From the IMG/VR virus record IMGVR_UViG_3300028103_000009: 64,000 nucleotides of DNA. One strand, given 5' to 3'. A model generated the notes under the pieces. It was given only the letters and a program-made list of their open reading frames with translations, searched no databases and had not been told where the DNA came from. The DNA is from a virus. The translations under genes were made by a program, and so were the position numbers. Shown in pieces: positions 1-9,719 of this stretch; position 1 is the first letter of the stretch, and each line of letters starts with the position of its first letter.

Positions 1-195
1 GCCGAACTAGTTGAAGTAAAGCCAGCAAGTCAGACGTTAAGAGAAAAAGTAGGAAAGAGTGCTTATAATCAACAGCAGTATATTAAAAATCTAGCCAAAT
101 GGGAAGCTGCAAGTAAGTGGTGCAAGCAGCAGAATATAAGGTTTAGGGTCGTAAATGAGAATGAGATTTTCCATCAGGGCGGCAATCGTAGATAA
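1..195 (+). CDS. head completion nuclease (T4 gp4-like), 3' part only
   Basis: Frame 1 reads AELVEVKPASQT...NLAKWEAASKWCKQQNIRFRVVNENEIF*, matching the EVKP / N-x-AKW-x-AA pattern of gp4/TnsA-like proteins. Absent from the ORF track because it is truncated. Confidence 0.65.
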   Translation, partial: AELVEVKPASQTLREKVGKSAYNQQQYIKNLAKWEAASKWCKQQNIRFRVVNENEIFHQGGNRR

Positions 196-202
196 GTAAA
201 GT

Positions 203-676
203 ATGACCAAAAAACTTGAAGAATTATTCAACTTAGACCAGGCAAAAGAAGAAGAGCCAGCACCCGCGCCTCCTACACATCAGCAGGTACAAAGCCTTGA
301 TGACAGTTATAAAGCAGTAGCTGAGTTAACTAGAGGATTGCCGCAGATTGCCGAGTTAGATAACATTGATGATAAAGAGCTAGATGCTCTAGCTAGCAAA
401 GCAGAAAAAGCCTATGATGATCTAATGGATTTGGGCATGAATGTAGAAGTGCGTTACAGTGGGCGCATCTTTGAAGTAGCTGGTACTATGATGAAAAATG
501 CCATAGACGCCAAAACAGCTAAAATAGACAAAAAGTTAAAAGCAGTAGATCTACAGCTAAAGAAGCTTAAAATCGATCAAGATACTAAATCTCCAGAAGG
601 AGAAGTATTAAATGGTCAGGGTTACATAATCACTGACCGCAACGAGCTATTGAAAAAATTGAGCCAAAAGGGCTAA
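203..676 (+). CDS. putative terminase small subunit (gp16-like)
   Basis: Helical 157 aa with RIFEVAGTMMK and a C-terminal IITDRNELLKKL, resembling gp16-type proteins; lies upstream of terL. Confidence 0.45.
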   Translation: MTKKLEELFNLDQAKEEEPAPAPPTHQQVQSLDDSYKAVAELTRGLPQIAELDNIDDKELDALASKAEKAYDDLMDLGMNVEVRYSGRIFEVAGTMMKNAIDAKTAKIDKKLKAVDLQLKKLKIDQDTKSPEGEVLNGQGYIITDRNELLKKLSQKG

Positions 677-684
677 ATATTAAT

Positions 685-1293
685 ATGAAAACATTTAAAG
701 AATATCTGACAGAAAGCAAAAAAGTCTATAGCTTCAAGATCAAGGTAGCGGGCGAAGTTCCTGAAAAGTTTGAGGAAAACCTAAAATCCAGACTTGGACG
801 CTGTAACGTTTTGACCCTGGAAAAACTAAACACCACACCTATCCAGCAGCTTCCTATCGATTTTCCAGATCTTAAGAACTGCGAAGTTTCTATATATGAG
901 ATGGTTACAGAATATCCAACCATCACTACCGAGATTAAGAATGAGCTAATGGCAATGGAAATGTGCCCAACTCACTTCCGTGTCAAGAACTCAGCAGATC
1001 CTACAGAAGAATACAATCAGCAAGGTACAGATCTACAATCTAAAGATGCCCTACTTACTGATGACAAGTACAAAGAAGCAGGCAAAGTAAAACAAAAAGA
1101 TTACTTTGGTCCTGATTATAACAAAGGTTTTCTACAAGACTTAGCAAAAGCATCTAAGGCTCGTAAAAAAGAACTAGGACAAAAAGATATCAAATCAGAA
1201 GCATCAGCTTCGGGCCCAGACTATGGCAGCGATGGGGCTAAGAGTCCAGTTGGTTCACACCAGAACAAGATTCCAGACCCATACAAAGGATAA
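685..1293 (+). CDS. hypothetical, probable internal head protein
   Basis: N-terminus MKTFKEYLTE resembles T4 capsid-targeting sequences; TAAATA 5 nt upstream. Confidence 0.5.
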   Translation: MKTFKEYLTESKKVYSFKIKVAGEVPEKFEENLKSRLGRCNVLTLEKLNTTPIQQLPIDFPDLKNCEVSIYEMVTEYPTITTEIKNELMAMEMCPTHFRVKNSADPTEEYNQQGTDLQSKDALLTDDKYKEAGKVKQKDYFGPDYNKGFLQDLAKASKARKKELGQKDIKSEASASGPDYGSDGAKSPVGSHQNKIPDPYKG

Positions 1294-1296
1294 GAA

Positions 1297-1917
1297 ATGA
1301 ATATACATGATCTATACAAAAAGATTGTCGCCTTAGATCAGCCAGTTGCTGAAGCTAAGATTGACGAGTGCGGAGAACCAATGGGCATGGGACAAGGTCC
1401 TATGTCTAGTCCTCCTCCTGCGCCACCAAGCCTAAGTGTTAATCTAAATGCACAAGGCATGGACAACATTGAACAACTAATGCAACTGATCACAAAAGTG
1501 AACCCAGATGCAGCACCCAAGGCATTGTCCCCAATGGGTGGTAATGAGCCATCAATCGAAATCGAACCAATGGACAAGCCAGCAGGCGGTCTTCCTCCAC
1601 TAAAGATGTTACCATTGGATCTAGACAAAGAAGAACCAGAACACGATCAAGATGGCGGCGACATTGATCCTGAAGGTGAAGATGAACCAGAGGATGAAGC
1701 ATTTGCTAACACTCCAGACGGTGTAGAAGGCGAGCCATTTACTAAAGATACAGAATACATGACCAAGACTCTAGCAGGTGGTATGAACCGTGAAAAGGGT
1801 CAATATAAGCACAGCTACAAAGCAGGCGATAACCCAATGGCAATGCCAGAAAGCGATCTACGTGCTATGATCAAAGCTGAACTAGCACAACGTCTAGCAG
1901 AAGCCAAAGCTAGATAA
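1297..1917 (+). CDS. hypothetical acidic/Pro-rich protein, possible head core protein
   Basis: ORF track; low-complexity acidic stretches; followed by a terminator. Confidence 0.5.
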   Translation: MNIHDLYKKIVALDQPVAEAKIDECGEPMGMGQGPMSSPPPAPPSLSVNLNAQGMDNIEQLMQLITKVNPDAAPKALSPMGGNEPSIEIEPMDKPAGGLPPLKMLPLDLDKEEPEHDQDGGDIDPEGEDEPEDEAFANTPDGVEGEPFTKDTEYMTKTLAGGMNREKGQYKHSYKAGDNPMAMPESDLRAMIKAELAQRLAEAKAR

Positions 1918-1935
1918 GCATAACAGCAAAGTCAG

Positions 1936-1961
1936 ATAGGCTCTTCGGAGCCTATTTTTTT
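1936..1961 (+). terminator. Rho-independent terminator
   Basis: ATAGGCTC-TTCG-GAGCCTAT followed by a T run. Confidence 0.85.
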
Positions 1962-1975
1962 CTGTAAATAAATGT

Positions 1976-3565
1976 ATGGCAAAATCACTTGACGGCGTCT
2001 TAATCAAAAAAGCGCACAAACAAGATAGGTATACATTAGAAGAAGTACAGCACCTTGAGAAGTGTATGGATCCCGTTACAGGTCCATTATACTTCATGCG
2101 TAACTTTCTTAAGATCCAACATCCTGTACGTGGTGCTATTGATTTTGAACCCTACGATTATCAGGTAAGACTTATAGAAGCATATCACAATCACAAAGAT
2201 GTGATCGCTATGTTACCGCGACAGATGGGTAAAACAACCTGCGCCTGCGGATATCTTCTATGGTTTACTATGTTTGTTCCTGAAGCACAGGTTCTTATCG
2301 CTGCTCACAAATATGAGGGTGCGCAGGATATCATGAACCGCTATCGTTACGGATATGAAAACTTGCCCGACTTCATCCGAGCAGGTGTTATCAGCTACAA
2401 CAGAAATACTATTGAATACGATAACGGTGCTCGTATACAAGCAACGACAACTACAGAAAATACTGGTCGTGGTAAATCTCTTTCTTTGATTTACTGTGAC
2501 GAGTTTGCATTTGTGCAACCGCCTGAAAAAGCTAGAGAGTTCTGGACTGCTCTAAGTCCTACACTATCAACAGGTGGTCGTGCTATCATTACCTCAACAC
2601 CAAACTCAGACGAAGATCAGTTTGCGCAGATCTGGACTGAAGCTAATAAAAAGTTTGACGAGTTTGGCAATGAGCAAGAGCTGGGTGTAAACGGATTCTT
2701 CCCATATTTTGCTACCTGGGACGAGCATCCGGATCGTGATGATAAATGGGCTGCTACAGAACGTGCTAAGATCGGTGAGGAACGTTTCCGTCGTGAGTTT
2801 GACTGTGAGTTCTTGATCTTTGATGAAACACTGATCAACTCAGTTAGACTCTCTGAACTCGAAGGTGCAGATCCTAAGATGACCATGGGTCAATGCCGCT
2901 GGTACAAAGACATCAACCCCAAGGCTACTTACCTAGTAAGTCTAGATCCTAGTTTAGGTACAGGTGGCGACTATGGTGCTATACAGGTATTTGAAATGCC
3001 TGATATGATACAGGTAGCAGAGTGGCATCACAACACCACTCCGGTACAGCAACAAGTTAAAACTATGCGTGAGATACTGAAATACATCCACGATAGAGGT
3101 ATGGAAAAGGGTGGTTCTGCTCCACAGATATATTATAGTGTAGAAAACAATAATATAGGTGAGGCAGCACTTATAGTTATAAACGATATAGGTGAAGAAA
3201 ACTTCTACGGACTTTTCTTGAGCGAACCTATACGCAAAGGGCATGTGAGAAAGTTCCGTAAAGGATTTAACACTACACATAGAACTAAAATATCTACTTG
3301 TTCTATACTCAAGAACATGATAGAAACCAAGAAAATGACCATACACAGCAAACCGCTGATTTCTGAGCTGAAATCGTTTGTAGCTAGCGGGCTAGGATTT
3401 AGTGCTAAAACCGGAGAGCACGACGACTTAGTGACGTCTACACTGCTGATTTTACGTATGGCCAGCGTACTAGCTGACTGGGATCCTAAGATCTACGACA
3501 AAATGACGGAAAAAGTCTCAGAAGAGAACATGCCGTTGCCTATCTTTATTAGCACAGGGTTTTGA
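1976..3565 (+). CDS. terL: terminase large subunit (gp17-like)
   Basis: PRQMGKT Walker A, LIYCDEFAF Walker B, ITSTPN coupling motif, nuclease DPSxG and HDDLV motifs. Confidence 0.95.
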   Translation: MAKSLDGVLIKKAHKQDRYTLEEVQHLEKCMDPVTGPLYFMRNFLKIQHPVRGAIDFEPYDYQVRLIEAYHNHKDVIAMLPRQMGKTTCACGYLLWFTMFVPEAQVLIAAHKYEGAQDIMNRYRYGYENLPDFIRAGVISYNRNTIEYDNGARIQATTTTENTGRGKSLSLIYCDEFAFVQPPEKAREFWTALSPTLSTGGRAIITSTPNSDEDQFAQIWTEANKKFDEFGNEQELGVNGFFPYFATWDEHPDRDDKWAATERAKIGEERFRREFDCEFLIFDETLINSVRLSELEGADPKMTMGQCRWYKDINPKATYLVSLDPSLGTGGDYGAIQVFEMPDMIQVAEWHHNTTPVQQQVKTMREILKYIHDRGMEKGGSAPQIYYSVENNNIGEAALIVINDIGEENFYGLFLSEPIRKGHVRKFRKGFNTTHRTKISTCSILKNMIETKKMTIHSKPLISELKSFVASGLGFSAKTGEHDDLVTSTLLILRMASVLADWDPKIYDKMTEKVSEENMPLPIFISTGF

Positions 3566-3576
3566 TAAATATTACT

Positions 3577-5451
3577 ATGGATGCAAGAAACAATATAGCC
3601 ACTGATTTATTCTATAAAATTAGAAGCCGTTTTACTGGGCTAAAATTAGGTTCTGAAACAGGCCAAATAACCATTAATCCTGAAGAGGCACGCTTCTTTG
3701 ATTTTGATTACATGGAGGGTGAAAAGCCCATAGGGCATGTGAGCATTAGTTTGGCAGAGCCAAACAGCATGAAGGTTTACTTTAGCCATGGGATTACTGA
3801 ATCCATGGATGACGGACAGAAAAACAACTGGTACGGGTTTTTGAAAGAACTTAGAATGTTCGCAAAAAGACGTTTATTGAGTTTTGACACACGAGATATC
3901 GCTAAGGACAACTTGGATCGAAGAGATTATGAATTCTTGAGTCAATACAATAAGCCCAAGCCAACTACTAACGATACAGTGACCCAACCGGTCGGAGAAA
4001 GTGTTATGAACGAAAGCAGCTTATACGGTTCTCGAACTATGAGCTATCAAAAGCTCGAAGATACGAGACTCATCATTAAACATAGTCGAGCTATTACTGA
4101 CGACTTTGCACCCGGTGCAAGATCAAGAAATATTTCAGCATTGTTTGTTGAAAATGCCGACGGTGAAAGATTCAAATATCCTTTCATCCATCTAGCAGGT
4201 GCTCGAGCTATGCAACGCCACGTCGCTAATGGCGGTTTACCATATGATGAAATCGGTAAGTCTATTGTTAGCATGAGTGAAGAAATAGCCCAACTCAAGA
4301 GTTTCCAAAACTATGTGGTCCGTAACGATCTAATGAATAGCGAGACTAACTCAGTAGTAGAAAGAAGCACACAGGCTTTAGAAAGACTACGTGAACAAAT
4401 CAAAAATCTAGGCAAGCAGAGCCACTATGAAGCATATAGAGAATCATTCCAAGCACAGCAACCCTTAGAAGTACCACAAGAGGTAGTAGAAGACTTTACA
4501 GAAATGTTTACTGTAAGGAATTTTAAAGAAGATATCGCAAGCGTATTTCCTGTATTATATAGGCTAATGAAAGAAAATGGAGTAGGCTACAGCGACATAG
4601 TCGGTATGACAACAAACGAAATAGAAGAAAACGAAGACTTAGATATTATAGCCAACGAAGATCCATTTGAAAAGTTTGAATCTTGGGTAATGGCATTGGG
4701 CGAAGAGTCAGCTATTACTAGTCAAGATCCTGAAGAACAACAGGCAGCAGTGCAACAACTTCAAGAACTAGTCGGTGAACATTTCCCAGCAGGTGTTGAT
4801 GGTAGTAATGCTATCGAAAGCCTAAAAGGCATAATCGAAGATCCAGAACTATTCAAGAGAATCAAAGAACTTGCGGCCAATGACCCAGATGCATGTTGCA
4901 GAGGTTTAGTGAAAGATTGGTTAGAACTAAATGCTCCAGAAGTATTAGAGCAACTAGACTTCGGTGACTACACTGAAGAACCAGCAGCAGGTGAAGAACC
5001 AGCAGCAGCTGAGCCAGCAGCAGCTGAGCCAGCGGCGGCAGCACCAGAAGAAGTACCTGCCGAAGGAAGTGATCCTAATCATCCAGAATATGATAAGAAA
5101 GATGACTATGATCTTCCACCTTCAGCACGTGGCAAAGGCACAGGCGACTACAAGCTACCAGATTATAAGAAACACGATGACCGTCATGCTAGAGATTTCC
5201 GTAAGCGCAGCGGCAATGAATCTATTGATGTAAAAGAAATAGCAGAGTTCGTACACAGCTTTTATGATCGAAATACAGGCACATTCCCTAAAGGGCCAGA
5301 AGGTGTAGCAGTTATGGTAGGCAAGAAGTTCGGTGAACAGGCAGAACAGGTAGCTCGTAAATTTGTAGAAAGAATGGCTCCAAACCAAACAACAGAGCAG
5401 AATCCAGAACTACAAGAACTAGCAAGAATCAGAGAACTAGCAGGCATGTAA
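3577..5451 (+). CDS. large acidic hypothetical protein (virion/core candidate)
   Basis: Long ORF; start moved to ATG 3577, which follows TAAATA-N5; C-terminus ELARIRELAGM. Confidence 0.6.
   Translation: MDARNNIATDLFYKIRSRFTGLKLGSETGQITINPEEARFFDFDYMEGEKPIGHVSISLAEPNSMKVYFSHGITESMDDGQKNNWYGFLKELRMFAKRRLLSFDTRDIAKDNLDRRDYEFLSQYNKPKPTTNDTVTQPVGESVMNESSLYGSRTMSYQKLEDTRLIIKHSRAITDDFAPGARSRNISALFVENADGERFKYPFIHLAGARAMQRHVANGGLPYDEIGKSIVSMSEEIAQLKSFQNYVVRNDLMNSETNSVVERSTQALERLREQIKNLGKQSHYEAYRESFQAQQPLEVPQEVVEDFTEMFTVRNFKEDIASVFPVLYRLMKENGVGYSDIVGMTTNEIEENEDLDIIANEDPFEKFESWVMALGEESAITSQDPEEQQAAVQQLQELVGEHFPAGVDGSNAIESLKGIIEDPELFKRIKELAANDPDACCRGLVKDWLELNAPEVLEQLDFGDYTEEPAAGEEPAAAEPAAAEPAAAAPEEVPAEGSDPNHPEYDKKDDYDLPPSARGKGTGDYKLPDYKKHDDRHARDFRKRSGNESIDVKEIAEFVHSFYDRNTGTFPKGPEGVAVMVGKKFGEQAEQVARKFVERMAPNQTTEQNPELQELARIRELAGM
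4972..5050 (+). repeat. in-frame tandem repeat (EPAAA)n
   Basis: Repeated (GAG/GAA)CCAGCAGCAG units encoding EEPAAGEEPAAAEPAAAEPAAAAPEE. Confidence 0.8.
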
Positions 5452-5474
5452 AGATTGTTCGTAGCAGTTAGATC

Positions 5475-5499
5475 GGGCACTTCGGTGCCCTTTCTTTTT
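5475..5499 (+). terminator. Rho-independent terminator
   Basis: GGGCAC-TTCG-GTGCCC-TTTCTTTTT. Confidence 0.85.
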
Positions 5500-5599
5500 G
5501 GCTATCTTTATCTAAACTATCTTGTCAACTTAGAGTCATACTAGTGCGTTAAATTAATACACAGAGGAAATCTGTGATAACCTTAAAAAGGAAAATACT

Positions 5600-5773
5600 A
5601 TGAAACTAGTTGCAACTTTAATCGCATCTCTATTTGCTGTATCAGCATTTGCCGCAGATGCACCGAAGAAAGATGAAAAGAAAGCAGCCGCAGAAGCTCC
5701 AAAGGCCGCAGCATCAGCTGCTAAAGATGCTAAGGCTGCTCCAGCACCTGCCAAGCCAGCTGAAAAGAAGTAA
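5600..5773 (+). CDS. small secreted Ala/Lys-rich protein (57 aa; missing from the ORF track)
   Basis: AAGGAAA RBS; MKLVATLIASLFAVSAFA signal peptide followed by ADAPKKDEKKAAAEAPK...AEKK*; followed by a terminator. Confidence 0.75.
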   Translation: MKLVATLIASLFAVSAFAADAPKKDEKKAAAEAPKAAASAAKDAKAAPAPAKPAEKK

Positions 5774-5790
5774 TCGGCTAAATACCGAAC

Positions 5791-5818
5791 AAAGGGCTCA
5801 CCTGAGCCCTTTCTTTTT
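5791..5818 (+). terminator. Rho-independent terminator
   Basis: AAAGGGCTCA-CC-TGAGCCCTTT followed by CTTTTT. Confidence 0.75.
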
Positions 5819-5881
5819 GGTAAACTTTTTGTCTACTAAAATCACGCCTAAGGCGTTATATTAATATGAAGGAGAACAAAG

Positions 5882-6181
5882 ATGAAAAAGTTCTTATTCG
5901 CTACATTGATAACATTAACTGCTTTTAGCTCACAGGCACAAGCAGACGGTTGGAGACATCGAGGTGGTCATCACCACGGTGGCGGCTATGGATGGGTAGC
6001 ACCATTAGTTATTGGTGGTGCTGTAGGTTATGCACTTTCGCAGCCAAGATATGTAAGCCCGCCTCCGAGCGTGGTATACGTAACTCCTCCGCCTACATAT
6101 AATCCACCGTATGGTTATCATTGGGAGAGTGTTCTAGACGGCAACTGTAACTGTTACAGAAACGTTCTAGTTCCAAACTAA
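5882..6181 (+). CDS. secreted/membrane Gly-His-Pro-rich protein
   Basis: AAGGAG RBS, signal peptide, GGHHHGGG, hydrophobic segment, Pro-rich tail. Confidence 0.7.
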   Translation: MKKFLFATLITLTAFSSQAQADGWRHRGGHHHGGGYGWVAPLVIGGAVGYALSQPRYVSPPPSVVYVTPPPTYNPPYGYHWESVLDGNCNCYRNVLVPN

Positions 6182-6201
6182 TATGTTAATGAGGACACGG
6201 A

Positions 6202-6612
6202 ATGAAAGGATTGACAATCGCTCTTGCGATGATGATAGGTATTGGGACAAGCCAGGCAAGTACGACACTTACTGGGAACGTGAATCCGAATCCCGTATCT
6301 ACGTCATCACTAGCAAAGATTGCGACCAAAAAAGATCCGGTCCTTGCAAAATCGACCAGGATACCTAAACCTAAGCTGTTTAGGTCAAATCCTCACAGAG
6401 CGACCCACTTTAGTGTCGCAGAAGATCCCGATGATGATATTTTTGTGCAAGACGAAGATATATTTGTCGGTTATCGTCGAGAAGATATTAGCAAACCAAA
6501 GGCACCATCTACCCCCGATGATCCGGAAGGTATCATCACTGAAGACATCCGTTGGCGGCTGTTCTTGGCTCGTACAGCAGCCATGATCCGCTATCACCAA
6601 ATACACGGATAG
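6202..6612 (+). CDS. hypothetical exported protein
   Basis: GAGGA RBS; N-terminal signal-like segment. Confidence 0.55.
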   Translation: MKGLTIALAMMIGIGTSQASTTLTGNVNPNPVSTSSLAKIATKKDPVLAKSTRIPKPKLFRSNPHRATHFSVAEDPDDDIFVQDEDIFVGYRREDISKPKAPSTPDDPEGIITEDIRWRLFLARTAAMIRYHQIHG

Positions 6613-6638
6613 TTTGGTGAAAAAATCTAAAAAAACTA

Positions 6639-6667
6639 TTGACCTTGCTAAATAAAGTACGCATAAT
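6639..6667 (+). promoter_or_regulatory. composite sigma70-like and late promoter of gp32
   Basis: TTGACC-N17-CATAAT with TAAATA (6649-6654) inside the spacer. Confidence 0.65.
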
Positions 6668-6720
6668 ACAAATATGCGTAAGGCATACATTTTAAGGCAA
6701 AACATAGGAGGCATATTAAA

Positions 6721-7695
6721 ATGGCTACACTAGCAGAAATCCGTGCGAAACTTCAAGAAGCACAATCAAAGTCCACAGGACAATCATCAGGCGGCGACAA
6801 CGCCATTTACCCACACTGGAACATGCAAGAAGGAAAGGAAGCAGTAATCCGTTTCCTACCAGATGGCAATCCCAACAACACGTTTTTCTGGGTAGAACGT
6901 GCAATGATCAAACTACCTTTCGCTGGCGTTAAAGGCGAAACAGATTCCAAACAAGTACAGGTGCAGGTACCCTGCGTTGAAATGTACAATGACGGTTCTG
7001 TTTGCCCGATTCTCAGCGAAGTGCGTGGTTGGTTCAAAGACAAGAGCCTAGAGGAAATGGGTCGTAAGTATTGGAAGAAGCGTTCATACATCTTCCAAGG
7101 GTTTATTGTCGAAGATCCTCTTAAAGAAGAAAAGACACCAGAAAATCCAATCCGTAGATTTATCATTGGTCCTCAAATCTATCAAATCATCCGTAGTGCT
7201 TTGATGGATCCAGAGTTGGATGAGTTGCCAACTGATTATCTCAAGGGTCTAGATTTCCGTATCGCCAAGACATCAAAAGGTGGGTTCGCAGACTACTCTA
7301 CATCAAAGTGGAGCCGTCGTGAGCGTTCACTGACTGAAGTTGAAGCGGCAGCGATCGAAGCACATGGATTGTTCAATCTTTCCGACTTCCTACCTAAGAA
7401 GCCAACCGATGTTGAGCTCAAGGTAATGAAGGAAATGTTTGAAGCATCTGTCGATGGTGAGCCATATGATATGGACCGTTGGGGTCAATACTTCAAACCA
7501 GCAGGTATGGGAGCAGCCACTGGCGATCCTAACAAGCCTGCAGCCAGCGCACCTGTAGATGATGCAGATGATGAACCAGCACCAGTAGCAAAGGCAGCTC
7601 CTGCTCCAAAGGCAGAAGCACCAGCATCAAATGGTGATGGTAATAGTCGTGCCCAAGATATCTTGGCCATGATTCGCAATCGTCAAAAGCAGTAA
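6721..7695 (+). CDS. single-stranded DNA-binding protein (gp32-like)
   Basis: AVIRFLP, CPI, YWKKRSY, GLDFRIAK and ADYSTSKW motifs; low-complexity C-terminal tail. Confidence 0.9.
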   Translation: MATLAEIRAKLQEAQSKSTGQSSGGDNAIYPHWNMQEGKEAVIRFLPDGNPNNTFFWVERAMIKLPFAGVKGETDSKQVQVQVPCVEMYNDGSVCPILSEVRGWFKDKSLEEMGRKYWKKRSYIFQGFIVEDPLKEEKTPENPIRRFIIGPQIYQIIRSALMDPELDELPTDYLKGLDFRIAKTSKGGFADYSTSKWSRRERSLTEVEAAAIEAHGLFNLSDFLPKKPTDVELKVMKEMFEASVDGEPYDMDRWGQYFKPAGMGAATGDPNKPAASAPVDDADDEPAPVAKAAPAPKAEAPASNGDGNSRAQDILAMIRNRQKQ

Positions 7696-7751
7696 GACTT
7701 ATATAGAGTGTGAGGTACCTCCTCACACTCTCTTCATTACAGGGAAATAAA

Positions 7752-7943
7752 ATGGCAAAACTAGATAAACTATCAAAAGTAAATGAATCAATCACGCTCA
7801 ATCGTTATGACAACGGTTGGATGGTCGAAATCGGCGGTCGCGATAAGAAAGAAGATTGGAAGACCACTAAGACTATGTGTAACACTGAAGATGAACTAAT
7901 CTCAGTCATTAAAGAGTGGAACACTAAAGATTTGGATAACTGA
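7752..7943 (+). CDS. hypothetical protein
   Basis: AGGGA RBS before ATG 7752. Confidence 0.55.
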   Translation: MAKLDKLSKVNESITLNRYDNGWMVEIGGRDKKEDWKTTKTMCNTEDELISVIKEWNTKDLDN

Positions 7944-7945
7944 TT

Positions 7946-9025
7946 ATGGCAACTAAACCGTTCGATATAAGCAAGTTTAGAAAATCTATTACAAAGAATA
8001 TTGAAGGTCTTAGTATAGGTTTTAACGATCCTACAGATTGGGTTGGCACAGGTAACTATGCATTAAACTATCTAATCAGTGGCGATTTCCACAAAGGAGT
8101 TCCGCTAGGCAAAGTTACAGTATTTGCAGGCGAGTCTGGAGCAGGTAAATCATATATCTGTTCAGGTAACTTGATCAAAGCGGCACAAGCACAAGGCATT
8201 TATGTTATCTTGGTTGATACAGAAAATGCTCTAGACGAAGATTGGCTAAAGGCACTAGGTGTCGACACTAGCGATGAAAAGTTGTTGAAACTTAATATGG
8301 CTATGATCGACGATGTAGCAAAGACTATCACAGAGTTTGTTGCAGAATATAAAGCTATGCCTGAAGACAGTCGTCCTAAGGTACTTTTTGTGCTTGACTC
8401 ATTAGGTATGTTGTTGACTCCAACGGATGTTAACCAGTTCGAAGCAGGTGATTTGAAAGGTGATATGGGTCGTAAGCCCAAGGCATTGACAGCACTTGTG
8501 CGAAACTGTGTTAATATGTTTGGTAGTCTAAACATTGGCCTAGTAGCTACAAACCATACCTATGCAAGCCAAGATATGTTTGATCCAGACGATAAGATTA
8601 GTGGTGGCCAAGGTTTTATCTATGCATCAAGTATCGTTGTTGCTATGAAAAAACTCAAACTAAAAGAAGATGACGATGGCAATAAGATCTCAGAAGTACG
8701 TGGTATCCGTGCTGCCTGCAAGATCATGAAAACTCGTTATGCAAAGCCTTTTGAAAGTGTACAAGTAAAGATTCCTTATGAGACAGGTATGAATCCATAT
8801 AGTGGACTGGTCGACTTGTTTGAAGCTAAAGGGATGCTTAAGAAAGAAGGAAATAGTCTTGTATATGTAACTGCTGATGGTGAGATCATCAAACAGTTTC
8901 GTAAGGCATGGGAACGCAACGAAAACAATGGACTAGATAGGATGATGGAAGACATTTCAAAACATGGCGAAAAATCCGATTCAGAGATAACTACTACAGT
9001 TGAACCTGAAACGGAGGCCAGTTAA
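7946..9025 (+). CDS. uvsX: RecA-like recombinase UvsX
   Basis: GESGAGKS Walker A, VLDSLG Walker B, TNHTY and SGGQG motifs. Confidence 0.93.
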   Translation: MATKPFDISKFRKSITKNIEGLSIGFNDPTDWVGTGNYALNYLISGDFHKGVPLGKVTVFAGESGAGKSYICSGNLIKAAQAQGIYVILVDTENALDEDWLKALGVDTSDEKLLKLNMAMIDDVAKTITEFVAEYKAMPEDSRPKVLFVLDSLGMLLTPTDVNQFEAGDLKGDMGRKPKALTALVRNCVNMFGSLNIGLVATNHTYASQDMFDPDDKISGGQGFIYASSIVVAMKKLKLKEDDDGNKISEVRGIRAACKIMKTRYAKPFESVQVKIPYETGMNPYSGLVDLFEAKGMLKKEGNSLVYVTADGEIIKQFRKAWERNENNGLDRMMEDISKHGEKSDSEITTTVEPETEAS

Positions 9026-9264
9026 TGAAGGAAGACCTAATCGCCGATCTGTGGAGCGTCATTGTTGACCACATTCCCGATAAGCAGAAAAAAACCGTAG
9101 CTGAAGACTTTGTTAGTACACTAGTCGATCATGGCATTAAAGAAAGCGTTCTAGATCGGTTGATGGGTATTGACCCATACCTCGACGATGCTATCGAATA
9201 TGCCACTGACGGTGAACAATATCACGAAGAAGACGACTACGATAGATACGAAGACGAGGATTAA
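9025..9264 (+). CDS. small acidic hypothetical protein
   Basis: Coupled by TAATG overlaps between uvsX and uvsY. Confidence 0.6.
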   Translation: MKEDLIADLWSVIVDHIPDKQKKTVAEDFVSTLVDHGIKESVLDRLMGIDPYLDDAIEYATDGEQYHEEDDYDRYEDED

Positions 9265-9719
9265 TGAACTGGTACGATCGAGTTTCAAAAGATATTTCTA
9301 ATATTCCAGACGCCGTGGCATATTATGAAGCCGAGTTATTGGCAGCAAAGACTGACGCTCGCATAGCGGGAAACCTTGAACGAGCTGCTGCTAATATGCC
9401 TGGTATTGTGGAAAATCGTTTCAATCAACTACAAGAGATCGAAGCGATTTTAGAATATCTAAACATTGAACTACGTCGTTTACGCAGTCAGCATTTCCGT
9501 AAATATCTTGAAAACTATCAACGCAGCCTATCCTCTAGAGACTGTGAAAAGTTTGTAGAGGGTGAGTCTGATGTCGTTGACTTTGAAAAAATCATCAATG
9601 ATTTCGCCTTGCTAAGAAACAAATGGCTGGGCGTTATCAAAGCCTTAGATATCAAGCAGTGGCAGATATCTAACATCGTGAAGCTACGTACTGCTGGACT
9701 TGAAGATGCAACACTATGA
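9264..9719 (+). CDS. uvsY: recombination mediator UvsY-like
   Basis: Helical 151 aa; KALDIKQWQISNIVKLRTAG C-terminus is typical of UvsY; adjacent to uvsX. Confidence 0.7.
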   Translation: MNWYDRVSKDISNIPDAVAYYEAELLAAKTDARIAGNLERAAANMPGIVENRFNQLQEIEAILEYLNIELRRLRSQHFRKYLENYQRSLSSRDCEKFVEGESDVVDFEKIINDFALLRNKWLGVIKALDIKQWQISNIVKLRTAGLEDATL

